Source: a virus
DNA length: 64,000 nucleotides
Virus record (IMG/VR): IMGVR_UViG_3300037502_004185
Coordinates: 27,776 to 91,775 of that record
Strand: one strand, 5' to 3'
Numbering within the stretch: the first letter of the stretch is position 1; the number at the start of each line of letters is the position of its first letter. A model generated the notes under the pieces. The model was not told the origin of the DNA and did not search any database. It saw only the letters and a list, made by a program, of their open reading frames with translations. Shown here in pieces: positions 48,976 through 58,804 of this stretch. The position numbers and the translations under genes were made by a program.

Positions 48976-50550
48976 TTAACGGATTAGTACAGGTTCACCA
49001 AGGATTCGACGCGCTGAGCCAGTTGGACAGAACGACCAAGTGACTTTCCAGTAGTCGATTTCGACTTGCTTGATTTCCAGTGTCCAAGCGCTTTCGCCGT
49101 CTTGATTTGGATTACGAGGTGTCACTAGCGCACCAACGGCTTCATAGCCCTCTAGGATGCTGGCCATGCCGTCAGTTAGACCCTCAAGCGTTGCACCGTC
49201 AGGTTGGTGTTTTAGGCGATTACCTAGTGCGTAGAAGTCGCGTGAGATAGCGTCAGCAATTGACACGACTTGCTCAAAACGTAGGTAGTTTTCAGCCGCA
49301 GATGCCGTTAGGGAGTCATCAATAAACAGGTTGCCGTTTTCGTCTGTGCCTAGTTTGTTTAGACGTGCCTTGTACATTTCTTGGTAGTTAGGCTCGCCAG
49401 CACCTTGGATTGGTTTTAGGCCAGTACGTTGGATAACAGCACGTTCAACACCTGCTGGTGTGTAGTGCCAACCGCCGACCGGAGAGGTCTTAGCAACGCC
49501 AAGCGCTTTAGCTGCAAAGCCGATACCCGAGCCGCCCCATACCGCCATGTTGCCGTAGAAACGACACTTAGCTTGGTAAGGGATATGCACGAATGAAGCG
49601 CGATGGTTGTTGAAGTTCAGACCTTTTTTGAACTCCAATGCCGCTTCGTGCGTTAGGCGAGGATCAATATCGAAGTAGCCAGAAATGCGTTTGTCTTTAC
49701 AGATTTGCGCTAGGTCAGTGATTACCGCTGTTTCGTAGCAGCCCAAACCACAAACGTAGTTGTAGCTGTAAACGGTAGTGCGTAGTGCTTTCACTGCTTT
49801 CTGGTAATCTTCAGCCGTAATGTCGCTAATATTGCCGTTGGTTGCGCCAGTGAATTTGGTTTTAGCAATTGCAGTAACTTCGCGTTTCGCTACTTCTGCA
49901 TCGATACGACAAGTTAGGTACTGCGAACGTTCTTCAAGAACAGTCTCGATAAACGCAGCGCTACCCATTTGGTCTACTGCTGTAGGCTCTAGGGATACAA
50001 CCCATTCTTCTAGCACTACAGAGCCACCAGCCGCCTGTTCTTCCTCTAGGGTAAGAGTGAACATGCCAGCGCCGTAAGTCGCTTCGTCTGCTTTCGCAAG
50101 CGTGATAGAGCGGTTGTCGGATTGAGCACCGTCTTTGATAGCGATCGCTAAAAATTCGCCATCTTCAAGTGACAGGTCAGCCGAGTAGTTGATCGCTTCA
50201 TTTGTGATCGTTACTTCGTCTGCTGGTTTGGTTAACTTGATAGATGGATAGGTTGCCGTTTTTGGTACGACACGAACCACATAGCCATTACCGCCGCGCA
50301 ATGCTTCATCAAGAACGCGCATGCCGTCAGCCAGTTTGCCAAGGCTTGAGTGGTAAGGTTTACCTAGCTTATCTAGGAAGTTAGCCGCAGTTACCGGAAT
50401 AACCTCGAACGGCTTACCTTTTTGAGACACAATCACACCGCCAAACACTAGCTGGTTAGAGCCAGTGCCTTGCTTAGTTGTCGAGTCAGCGTTAATTGGC
50501 GCAACCGCAACTTGTGAGACGTTATCCATTGAAAATTCAATCTTACTCAT
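48976..50550 (-). CDS. Tail sheath protein (P1 gp22-like)
   Basis: GYVVRVVP, GWHYTPAG, NYLRFE and CPTGSARRI motifs. Confidence 0.88.
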   Translation of the reverse strand: MSKIEFSMDNVSQVAVAPINADSTTKQGTGSNQLVFGGVIVSQKGKPFEVIPVTAANFLDKLGKPYHSSLGKLADGMRVLDEALRGGNGYVVRVVPKTATYPSIKLTKPADEVTITNEAINYSADLSLEDGEFLAIAIKDGAQSDNRSITLAKADEATYGAGMFTLTLEEEQAAGGSVVLEEWVVSLEPTAVDQMGSAAFIETVLEERSQYLTCRIDAEVAKREVTAIAKTKFTGATNGNISDITAEDYQKAVKALRTTVYSYNYVCGLGCYETAVITDLAQICKDKRISGYFDIDPRLTHEAALEFKKGLNFNNHRASFVHIPYQAKCRFYGNMAVWGGSGIGFAAKALGVAKTSPVGGWHYTPAGVERAVIQRTGLKPIQGAGEPNYQEMYKARLNKLGTDENGNLFIDDSLTASAAENYLRFEQVVSIADAISRDFYALGNRLKHQPDGATLEGLTDGMASILEGYEAVGALVTPRNPNQDGESAWTLEIKQVEIDYWKVTWSFCPTGSARRILGEPVLIR

Positions 50551-50974
50551 TCTCTGTCTCTTTCAGCGTTAGATCCTGTGCTGCAAGCTGGTCTACAATT
50601 TCTTGCAAACCCGCTTGAGCAATACCTTTCACCGCAATCACGTTGTCTTTCGTCATTTCGGTTAGTTGCTCAACCGTTGTCACACCGTGGTTAATCAGGG
50701 CTTTTTCAACGCTTGCGCTTAGCTCAAGTGCTGATAGCGCTGTGCCGTTATCGCTGGTGGCTGTGTCTGGTTGTTTTTGAACTTCTGGTAAAACCGTTGG
50801 CTCAAGGCGAACCGAAACAAGGCCGTTTGGATAGGCCGCTTCCACTTCGTGTTTGAAGCGGTTCACGTTGAAAACTGAGAGAGGGAAATCTTTGGCCAGT
50901 GGTGGCATAACGCGACCCTGCACCGTGATTTCCTTTGGTGTGTGGTTGGTGATTAAAACGATCGTTTCTTTCAT
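50543..50974 (-). CDS. Protein with a C-terminal RNA polymerase alpha-CTD/HhH-like domain
   Basis: LSALELSASVEKALINHGVTTVEQL...VKGIAQAGLQEI. Confidence 0.7.
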   Translation of the reverse strand: MKETIVLITNHTPKEITVQGRVMPPLAKDFPLSVFNVNRFKHEVEAAYPNGLVSVRLEPTVLPEVQKQPDTATSDNGTALSALELSASVEKALINHGVTTVEQLTEMTKDNVIAVKGIAQAGLQEIVDQLAAQDLTLKETENE

Positions 50975-51020
50975 CGAATCCCCCAAGAGCGGCAGCCCGT
51001 AAGACTGCCGCTTACTTGCC

Positions 51021-52670
51021 TTATGCCGCTGCTGCTACAGGAGCTTCGTCGATAAGTTTCACACGGTAGAAGTAGTCTTCTCCGTCGAATGGATGGATTT
51101 CGCCGTAGGCCAATTCGTATAGCGTGTTAGACGCTACTAGACCTTTGCCGATTGGATGTGTGTACATGGTTGCTGCGATCGCATCACCCGCTACGTAACC
51201 CGCTTCTGAGTGAGAAGAACCGCGACCGTAACAAAGCATGTCGTTCGTACCGATAACTACCGGACACTCGAACACTTTCCACATACCGAACAATTTACCC
51301 GCGTAGTGGATAGCGTTTTTCTGTTGGTAGTTAGCCGGAGCAACGAAATACGGAGCACCAAGAGACTTAAGGATTGTTGACGCGCCAGTACCAGCAAAGA
51401 TACCTGTCATGCCAGTTGTGCGAGTCGCTTGTAGGATCTTCGTAGAAACGTTTAGAAGAACTTCGTTTAGACGTTCACGATGTAGACGCCAATCTTCACC
51501 AGCTGCTACGTAGATATTGAATGTTTCTTCGCGCGTACAAGCAAAGTCCATATCTACTAGGTGGCGAGTCGCTTTTTCCGATGCCAATGTGTTGCGCATG
51601 TGGCTCATCTGTAGAGATTTCAGATCTTGGCCAAACTCGCGTTGCATTGTGAACATCGCTTGGATAGTCGCGTCTGCTGCGATTGCGTTTTGACGTGGGC
51701 GTAGTGTGCGAGAGTCCATGTCGTGATCGATAGTTGGGATCAGATCTGGACGTTTCTCAATGTCTACCTCGAACTCGATGTGTAGAACGGTTTCTTCTGG
51801 AAGTGCCGATGTTGGAGTAACAGTCACTTTGCCTTTGGCATGGTCAATCTGACAGTTGATCACTACACCGTTGTGAGTACCAGTCATGATTGCACCGCCG
51901 TTGCTGTCTAGATCGCGCGCCACTCGCTTGTGGTTTACGAACAGAGAAACGGAAGTCTTAGTGAATGGGATTTCAAACTTGGTGTGTTGTAGGTCAGTCT
52001 TAGAGTCAAAGACGTGAGTTGTCTTAGTGCCGTCTGGTTGCTGTTCAGCGACAAACTTGTAGCGCTGACGCATAGACGAGTATTGGCCAACCGTTGCTTG
52101 GTCGATTTCAGTACCCGCTGCGAAGTCACCAAAGTTTGAGCCAGTGCGGCGGTACACTTTGAAGATCTCAACTTCGTTCGCACCCGCTGGGATCATGGTT
52201 ACAGCGTCAAGTGTTGCTGTTTCTAGAAGAACAGGCAGCACTAGGCCAACCATTTTCGCGCGGATTTCAACACCCTCTGATGTTGATAGAGACTGGTTGA
52301 TAGACTCAAGCATCATTGCGCCTGTTGAGCCATCGCGCTTAGCGCCCTCTAGCGTCATCATGTTACGCATAGTTGCGTGAGCTGATGCCATTAGCTCATC
52401 GCTAGGTAGGTGGCCGTAAGTCTTTTCGTATTCACGTACCGCAGACTGCATGCCTGATACGATGCCAACCGCTGTTTCTTGAGACACTGACTCGAACATA
52501 GGCTCATTCGCAATGGCTGACAAAATAGCCGCGCCACGAGAATTGTCGTCAGTTAGAAACATGCCTGTTTGTGAATCGAATTGGGATTCGATACACAGAT
52601 TACGCATTGCTTGAGCGCCTAAATGAATCGCCTCAATGCGTTTGTTGAAGTTAGAACGTTTATCTGCCAT
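51021..52670 (-). CDS. Major capsid protein (P1 gp23-like)
   Basis: 549 aa; MMLES processing region; 23-22-21 synteny. Confidence 0.85.
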   Translation of the reverse strand: MADKRSNFNKRIEAIHLGAQAMRNLCIESQFDSQTGMFLTDDNSRGAAILSAIANEPMFESVSQETAVGIVSGMQSAVREYEKTYGHLPSDELMASAHATMRNMMTLEGAKRDGSTGAMMLESINQSLSTSEGVEIRAKMVGLVLPVLLETATLDAVTMIPAGANEVEIFKVYRRTGSNFGDFAAGTEIDQATVGQYSSMRQRYKFVAEQQPDGTKTTHVFDSKTDLQHTKFEIPFTKTSVSLFVNHKRVARDLDSNGGAIMTGTHNGVVINCQIDHAKGKVTVTPTSALPEETVLHIEFEVDIEKRPDLIPTIDHDMDSRTLRPRQNAIAADATIQAMFTMQREFGQDLKSLQMSHMRNTLASEKATRHLVDMDFACTREETFNIYVAAGEDWRLHRERLNEVLLNVSTKILQATRTTGMTGIFAGTGASTILKSLGAPYFVAPANYQQKNAIHYAGKLFGMWKVFECPVVIGTNDMLCYGRGSSHSEAGYVAGDAIAATMYTHPIGKGLVASNTLYELAYGEIHPFDGEDYFYRVKLIDEAPVAAAA

Positions 52671-52952
52671 GTAAATAAACCTTAGTTATTAATTGAGTGT
52701 GTTCGGAATAGTTGAGCCGCAGAAAAGCGGTAAAAATTCGCTCAATTTCGGATAGTAATTAAGATTTATTGCGAAAAAAACAGGGGTAAAATTTCATTTA
52801 ACTTATTGTTATATAATGAATTTGTGTCTTTTTGTGCGCTTTTGTGGGAATGGTAACGACAGGGGATTTCTATGTCGTTGATTGTGTGTTTTTACTGAGA
52901 GAAAAGGGGATAGGAAAGGACAACTAAAAAAAATTTAAAAAATTTTTAGTTG

Positions 52953-53303
52953 TTATAGGGTTCCAGCCAAAAAGCCGAACACATTGCTTAGCAGCTCTTG
53001 TGTGTCAGTCTCTAAGCTTGGAAGCTCAACACCATAGAAAACGGCCAAAAAGTCACGAACAATGAGTTGATAAACGACCACCAGCGCGATACTCCACATC
53101 ATAGCGGCGCGCCCAGTACGTACCAATGTGTTAGAGCTGGCCGCTTCAAGCTCTGCCAGTTTGTAGGCAAACTCTTTGCGTTCTTCGTCACTGGTAAACA
53201 CACGATCACCAAACTCGGTTAGTTCGTGGATAATGCCACCTACTTTCTCGCTGGTAGCGCTCTTAAATAGGCGGCTTGTAAACACTTTTGCTAGTCCCAT
53301 CAT
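52953..53303 (-). CDS. Holin-like membrane protein (GTA 3TM holin type)
   Basis: [10 protein letters not shown]...GRAAMMW plus hydrophobic segments; TAATG-coupled to the amidase. Confidence 0.6.
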   Translation of the reverse strand: MMGLAKVFTSRLFKSATSEKVGGIIHELTEFGDRVFTSDEERKEFAYKLAELEAASSNTLVRTGRAAMMWSIALVVVYQLIVRDFLAVFYGVELPSLETDTQELLSNVFGFLAGTL

Positions 53304-53854
53304 TAATTGCTCTCTTTAATGTGTTCTGCGAACGCTTCTGCCAGTGCTACGGCTAGCTTTTCGCGCAGTTCTAATCCCTTTTGCAACGACTCATCGTTAG
53401 ACAAAAAGAACGGCTCCAAAATCACGGCTGGCATTTTGGTTTTCATCAAGAAACGCCAACCGCGAGTATCAGTACCAGTGTTCGAGATAGGCTTAAGACC
53501 ACGATTACGCTGTCCGATAAGTTCAGCCACCGCTTTTTGTAGGCGCAGAGCGAGTGCTTGGCTCTTGGCTGACTTATGCCAATGCAATGTCTCTGAGCCT
53601 TGAACGTCCTTATTTGCCACGCTGTTACAATGTAACTCGATGGCATAGTCAGCACTTGAATCGTTCACATCACCGATCATCCGTGAGTAGGTGTCTCGAT
53701 ACATGATCACTGGAAGAATGTCTCGCTTATGTAGCTCGGCGGCCAATAAGCTGGCTAAGGGATTATTGTAGCTATACTCATTCATTCCGAATGTTTCATT
53801 GTAAGCACCACCATCTTTAAAGCTGTGGCCAACAACAATACAGACTTTTTTCAT
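53303..53854 (-). CDS. N-acetylmuramoyl-L-alanine amidase (Amidase_3) endolysin
   Basis: [24 protein letters not shown] zinc-amidase motifs. Confidence 0.92.
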   Translation of the reverse strand: MKKVCIVVGHSFKDGGAYNETFGMNEYSYNNPLASLLAAELHKRDILPVIMYRDTYSRMIGDVNDSSADYAIELHCNSVANKDVQGSETLHWHKSAKSQALALRLQKAVAELIGQRNRGLKPISNTGTDTRGWRFLMKTKMPAVILEPFFLSNDESLQKGLELREKLAVALAEAFAEHIKESN

Positions 53855-54086
53855 TTTATAAATTCCTAAACTTAGTTTAACTAATATGCACATAGGTATT
53901 AACTATGTTCGGAATAGGAAATATATTTTATTTACCAGCTCGGCACCCCAATCGGCTGGTGTCAACTAACGTTGAAACTTCATTTTTAGCCTTTGTAATA
54001 GCTTCTTGCGCCGCGAACACTTACCTCGCGGCTTTTTTTGCCTGCAATTCAGAAAAAAACCAGCGCGAACGCTGGTTTTGCTTGGA

Positions 54087-54428
54087 TTATGGTCGGTTTT
54101 GAACGGGCTCTATCTTGTTTGATTTGAAGTAATCAAGAACAGGATTAACTCGATAGGGTTCTACGTGGAAGCTGGCCATCACCTGATCTTTACGCATCAA
54201 GTAAAACTGATTTCCGCTGTATCGCACCGCATCAAATATCACGTTCATTCGGCACCCATCGTACATGTATTCCCCCTCGACACTGAGGCTTTTGCGTATC
54301 ACAAAGGATAGTCGCGCCTTGGTGGCTTTAAGCTCGTTTCGAGCTCTAAATAGGTTAATCGCTAGTACGATGATAAGCGACAATAATCCGCATAGTTGAT
54401 ATGCGTTCAAATAAACTGAATAACTCAT
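54087..54428 (-). CDS. Hypothetical membrane-anchored protein
   Basis: N-terminal transmembrane helix; 113 aa. Confidence 0.55.
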   Translation of the reverse strand: MSYSVYLNAYQLCGLLSLIIVLAINLFRARNELKATKARLSFVIRKSLSVEGEYMYDGCRMNVIFDAVRYSGNQFYLMRKDQVMASFHVEPYRVNPVLDYFKSNKIEPVQNRP

Positions 54429-54479
54429 TTTGTCTTTTTTATAGTGCGAATAGGAAGGTCATTAGCAACAAAAAACATT

Positions 54480-55247
54480 CTACAGTCTAAATACCTCCGC
54501 TGTCGCGTTTTTGATGCTCGTTTTTTTCGTCTGGTTGCTACAAATGGTAAACGAAATCGCTTTAGTGAAGTAGTCCAGCGCCAAGGTACGTTCCTCTTTC
54601 GACGCAATGATCATTGCCTCAATCACCTTGCTTGAGCTGGCCACGCCACCAGCAAGGGGAGCCATTACCTCATTTAGCGCATCGGGCTTGTTAGCCAGTT
54701 CTGGCGGTAAGACTGGCGGCGGCAGGGTTGCACCACTATCTGAGTCACTACCGCCCGTTGGTGGCGCTGGTGGCGTTAACGCGCCATTGATTTGCGCCAT
54801 TAAGGACACGGCCTCATCAACATGGCCAGAAAGACCGTTGATCACTGCCTCAAGCGCTTTCAGTTCTTCCTTGCTGGTAATTGGCAAGATACTCGGAGCG
54901 GGTACATTGTCCTCTGTGCCATCTACCTTGTGTTTGACGTTCACACCAATAGACACTTGTTCGAGGTCGGTTGGGTCGGTGATCAACACTAGGTGCTCAT
55001 TCCATTGCGTTAACGTGGCCACCGTTGCGCTCACTGAGCTATTCAAACCCTTAAGCGTTGCCACTAACTGCGATGCGCCTTGGTAGTCCTCAATATCCTC
55101 GCTCACGCATCCTGATAGTTTTCCTGACAAGCTTTCACACTTCACCTTAAGGGATTTTCCTCGGGCAAGGTTCTCCGCTTCCTTAAGGCCGCCCACGTCT
55201 AAAAACTGGCGAAACTGCTCGATTTGCTCTTGTGTGTCCAACATCAA
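54480..55247 (-). CDS. upfB: UpfB-like tail-tip protein
   Basis: FLDVGGLK start and G/S/P linker PPVLP as in P1 UpfB; next to the PAAR gene. Confidence 0.65.
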   Translation of the reverse strand: MMLDTQEQIEQFRQFLDVGGLKEAENLARGKSLKVKCESLSGKLSGCVSEDIEDYQGASQLVATLKGLNSSVSATVATLTQWNEHLVLITDPTDLEQVSIGVNVKHKVDGTEDNVPAPSILPITSKEELKALEAVINGLSGHVDEAVSLMAQINGALTPPAPPTGGSDSDSGATLPPPVLPPELANKPDALNEVMAPLAGGVASSSKVIEAMIIASKEERTLALDYFTKAISFTICSNQTKKTSIKNATAEVFRL

Positions 55248-55253
55248 ATTGCC

Positions 55254-55538
55254 TCAATCAATCGTCATCAAGTTGTTACCGTTCACCAGCGTAGCGCCAC
55301 ACCCAAGGGCATCGCCTACCACGGCGACCGGAACGCCATTAACAGTAAGTTTTGAACTACCAGTAATAACGCCAACGTGCGGCGGGTTATCTGGTTTTAC
55401 GTGCATGACGGATATATCACCCGTACCTAATACATTGATTCCATTCACGGTCAGTAGTGGTTGGCCAGAAACAAAAACACCTGGACTAAAGCCACCATGA
55501 CCACTATCTACACTCCCTACAATTCCTACGGCTGGCAT
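55254..55538 (-). CDS. PAAR-domain spike tip (UpfC-like)
   Basis: GH..F.P, NG..V..GD, H, GD..CG pattern. Confidence 0.9.
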   Translation of the reverse strand: MPAVGIVGSVDSGHGGFSPGVFVSGQPLLTVNGINVLGTGDISVMHVKPDNPPHVGVITGSSKLTVNGVPVAVVGDALGCGATLVNGNNLMTID

Positions 55539-55544
55539 AGTGCA

Positions 55545-56315
55545 TTACCCTAATGTAAATGGTGCTGCGGCAGCCTTAACAGCGAACTGGCCACCAGCAT
55601 CGATATTGACGTTACCACTCGCTTTAATGGTCACTTCATTGCCCTCTAGGTTGGCTTTACCGGACGCTTTAACGGTCGCATTGCCACCCGCCTCGATGTT
55701 CGCATCGCCTTTCACTTTGATAGTTAGTGCGCCTCCGACTTGCTCTAATGTGTTCCCTGTTGAGCTGCGAAACGCATTGCCCTCGACGTGGATAACACAT
55801 TGGCCATCTGGCGTAATTTCAATGGCCGTGCCGCTTTGGGTATGCGTTACTGAGTAGCCGCCTTGATGCGTGATGAGCTCGCGCAAACCAAATCGCACAA
55901 AAAGCGCATCCTTGCGGTCATAGGCTGGTGGCTCGGGTTCACCCTCGGCTCGTTTAGGTTGATAGGCTTCGCCGTTCACCTCGCTTGGTAGATACGATTC
56001 GTAGTTAGGCGCGTAGTAAAGCGATCCAGTGATACGGGGATAACGGGTATCTCCATTGCGAGGAAAATCCACCCAAACCAGATCCCCTTTTTCCACTGGC
56101 ACTGCATGGCCACTACTCGGTTTTGCGCCCAATGGCAGTAGAAACTCAGCAAAGGGGAGATCCTTATCGGGAATTGCATCCCAATAACCAAGCAAGCGAA
56201 CCGATACCATGTACAAGCCTTTCGGATGGACAGGATTAACCACCTCGGCCTGATAGCTACCAAACAAGCGGTTAGTGACGTTGGTGCGTGTTCTGTTCTC
56301 TGACGAATCGCTCAT
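55545..56315 (-). CDS. gp5/gpV-like baseplate spike
   Basis: OB-fold (GDLVWVDFP..GDTRYPRI) plus beta-helix repeats; ATGA overlap at 56315. Confidence 0.88.
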   Translation of the reverse strand: MSDSSENRTRTNVTNRLFGSYQAEVVNPVHPKGLYMVSVRLLGYWDAIPDKDLPFAEFLLPLGAKPSSGHAVPVEKGDLVWVDFPRNGDTRYPRITGSLYYAPNYESYLPSEVNGEAYQPKRAEGEPEPPAYDRKDALFVRFGLRELITHQGGYSVTHTQSGTAIEITPDGQCVIHVEGNAFRSSTGNTLEQVGGALTIKVKGDANIEAGGNATVKASGKANLEGNEVTIKASGNVNIDAGGQFAVKAAAAPFTLG

Positions 56316-57289
56316 AGGTTTCTGACTCCCAACTCGATACGACACTGATACCGGTTCCCACGTTGGCAATGGGCGACACGGTTCATGATTTGTTTCTCTG
56401 GCATGGACTCATCCAGCTCGGTAGCGGGTAGCCGTTTATGGAATAGCACTGAGCACACCGAAAGAGGCGTAAAGGCGGTATTTCCGGTAAGTTCCACATC
56501 CAAAATAGGGATGATGGCCATGTGTTGATTATTCAGCGCCTTGGCTTGTGGGACGCTAACCATAACCATAGCGCCCGAACGTTTACCACCTTGGAAGCCC
56601 TCGACGGTATCCCAAGAGGCATAGTTACGGTTAAGAACGCGCTCAAACAGGGCTTCCTCTCCGATAATGGAGTAGTTCGCAATGCTGTGCTCTGCTTCCT
56701 CTGGATTCGACTGTTCCAGCTTGAATTGCTCGCTCATATCCATGTTCTTGAGCGACTTAAAGTGCATAACACCACGGCAGATAAACGCTGCTGAACCGTA
56801 ATCTCTGGCCATTGTTCGAATTAAGCGAGACTTAGTGCCACCAGCGTTTAAATGGTACGTAGCGCCACGCTCAAAGCTGTCACATTCGATTTTTAGATCG
56901 GGTAATAGCTCGGCCAGAATGTCTCTAGGCTGCATTTCGACAAAGAATCGAGGTGCTGTGACTGGCTCTTTAAGTAGGTGCGCGTCCTTTTGGAACGCTT
57001 GAACCGTTAGCATGCCGTCAGCGCTGGTGGACTTGGCCACAATGAATTTTTCAATCCAAACCTGATCGCCTCGTTCGTTCACATCGGCCATCGTGACCTC
57101 GATCTCTGAACCGCGCTTAATCCCGTAGTCATCCCGATAAACGGCAGCCTGATCCATGATTTCCATAACCAGCTTGTTGCCGTCCATCGAAGCGCACTCA
57201 ATGTAGGTAAACGAATGAATGTGCTCGATAGGTATGTCATTTTCGTTGGTGACAACTTTTTGGGCGAGAAAGTATTCTTTATTACTCAA
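56312..57289 (-). CDS. gp6-like baseplate hub protein
   Basis: TYIECASMDG and TYHLNAG motifs; GGGAGG RBS before TTG 57289. Confidence 0.75.
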   Translation of the reverse strand: MSNKEYFLAQKVVTNENDIPIEHIHSFTYIECASMDGNKLVMEIMDQAAVYRDDYGIKRGSEIEVTMADVNERGDQVWIEKFIVAKSTSADGMLTVQAFQKDAHLLKEPVTAPRFFVEMQPRDILAELLPDLKIECDSFERGATYHLNAGGTKSRLIRTMARDYGSAAFICRGVMHFKSLKNMDMSEQFKLEQSNPEEAEHSIANYSIIGEEALFERVLNRNYASWDTVEGFQGGKRSGAMVMVSVPQAKALNNQHMAIIPILDVELTGNTAFTPLSVCSVLFHKRLPATELDESMPEKQIMNRVAHCQRGNRYQCRIELGVRNL

Positions 57290-58043
57290 TGACTCGGCCT
57301 CCCATACCAATCGCGCCCTGACGGACAGTGATCGACTCGGCCTCATAAACCTCTGCAATCACTTCAAAAGAGATTGAGGAAGCAAACAGACGAGTATTTT
57401 CATGGTCTACTTCGGCGGGTTCGGTCATCGCATCTTTACGGCCACGTATCTCGATGCTGATTTCCATTTCAGTATCAGCGAGCATAGTTTTCGCTCTGAA
57501 TACGTGCTTACGCTTGCCCTTGGTATGACGTAGCCAAACCATTAAACCTAGCGCTAGGCGGCTAAGGGTAGACTGGTTCCAAGCTAGGGCATTAATGCGG
57601 TAGGTAAGCGCGACAAAGGATTTATTAACCACGGCATAAGCTTGATCTTGCTCATTGGTCAGTTCGCCACAATCAGCAATATCGACGTACTCCGCGCCAT
57701 CAACAAATCCAATCACCGGATCGCGCGTGATATAGCAAACAGGCAAAAGCTCATTACGGTTTGCTTTCACCTTGTCACCTAGTTTGGCTGTCAACTTAGA
57801 TAGGAATGACACTGGATCGGTAAAGTTGCCGTAATAAATCTTTCTCGACTTATCACGGCCAACAAAGCGAGAAAACTCACTGTTCTCTCGCCGTTTAGTG
57901 TCAGTCACAACTAAGGAATCAAGCACGTTCTGGAAAAAGGCAGCCACCGCACGATCGATGTCGGTTAGCTCTGTGTGTTCCACCTTGCCATCGAATGTCA
58001 CTACATCGCATGGGATTTCAAAGAACGTCTCATCCAGTTGCAT
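57282..58043 (-). CDS. gp24-like tail terminator
   Basis: 253 aa; 5-6-24 synteny. Confidence 0.65.
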   Translation of the reverse strand: MQLDETFFEIPCDVVTFDGKVEHTELTDIDRAVAAFFQNVLDSLVVTDTKRRENSEFSRFVGRDKSRKIYYGNFTDPVSFLSKLTAKLGDKVKANRNELLPVCYITRDPVIGFVDGAEYVDIADCGELTNEQDQAYAVVNKSFVALTYRINALAWNQSTLSRLALGLMVWLRHTKGKRKHVFRAKTMLADTEMEISIEIRGRKDAMTEPAEVDHENTRLFASSISFEVIAEVYEAESITVRQGAIGMGGRVIE

Positions 58044-58045
58044 GA

Positions 58046-58585
58046 TTAGTCCTCCAAATCGTCCAGCTCGTAATACTTACGGCCTTTTACGATAGTGATG
58101 CACTTATCGCTTCGGTGTAAGGTCACATCGAACTTGTGGAAGTTGCTCGTTAGGATAGGGAGGTAAGCCGATACTGGCTCATTGCGCTGGTAGCCGTCTC
58201 GCGTTTTGCGGCCTTTACCGGATCGATTGCCCTCATAGATTTGAATGACCGCGCAATCAAAATCAATCTTGGCCATGTCTGCGATCGCTGCATCGAGATC
58301 TTTGTGCATGTTAAGCACGTTCGCGCACAACATGACGCAAAAACGGCGTTTTGAACTGTCAATTTCGGCAATATTGTTCACTACGCCTTTGGCTTTTGAA
58401 CTCGGGTCAAAGTGAGTGACCGTCATGCTCTGCTTGTGGCAGTTAGTAAGACATTCTTCTGTTAGGTCGGGAAACTTACCGCAACCAAAGTTAAGAATGT
58501 TGTTCGCGTATGACCAGTTAGGCGCCAGTTTGCTAAGGCGCTTTGCACTGACTGGCACTTGCTTTCGGCTAGTCTGTAATGTCAT
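58046..58585 (-). CDS. Class I SAM-dependent methyltransferase-like protein
   Basis: ILNFGCG, HFDP, CANVLN and GYQRN motifs; GGAG RBS before ATG 58585. Confidence 0.7.
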   Translation of the reverse strand: MTLQTSRKQVPVSAKRLSKLAPNWSYANNILNFGCGKFPDLTEECLTNCHKQSMTVTHFDPSSKAKGVVNNIAEIDSSKRRFCVMLCANVLNMHKDLDAAIADMAKIDFDCAVIQIYEGNRSGKGRKTRDGYQRNEPVSAYLPILTSNFHKFDVTLHRSDKCITIVKGRKYYELDDLED

Positions 58586-58696
58586 GACCACTCCATGATT
58601 GGAGCAGCGCTTTAAGGATGGGCGGAATAGGGTTGATATGAGCGTAAATTATACACCTCCACACTATTAACCCTAAATAACCAAAATGGTGCATAT

Positions 58697-58768
58697 AAAT
58701 GTGATGCGCATCATATACATCTCATGAACTCTCAAGTAAATTGCGCGCGATTACAAATCATTATCATT
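58697..58768 (+). promoter_or_regulatory. Class II CRP promoter with a Fur box-like site at the transcription start
   Basis: AAATGTGA-TGCGCA-TCATA centred at 58707.5; -10 TAAATT at 58737-58742; ATTACAAATCATTATCATT at 58750-58768. Confidence 0.6.
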
Positions 58769-58804
58769 TACATTAACGTCAATTAAGTAGCAAGGGCTGT
58801 ATTT

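Noticed and set aside
58700-58730. dif-like XerC arm (ATGCGCATCAT)
   Set aside because: No XerD arm; the sequence fits a CRP site better.
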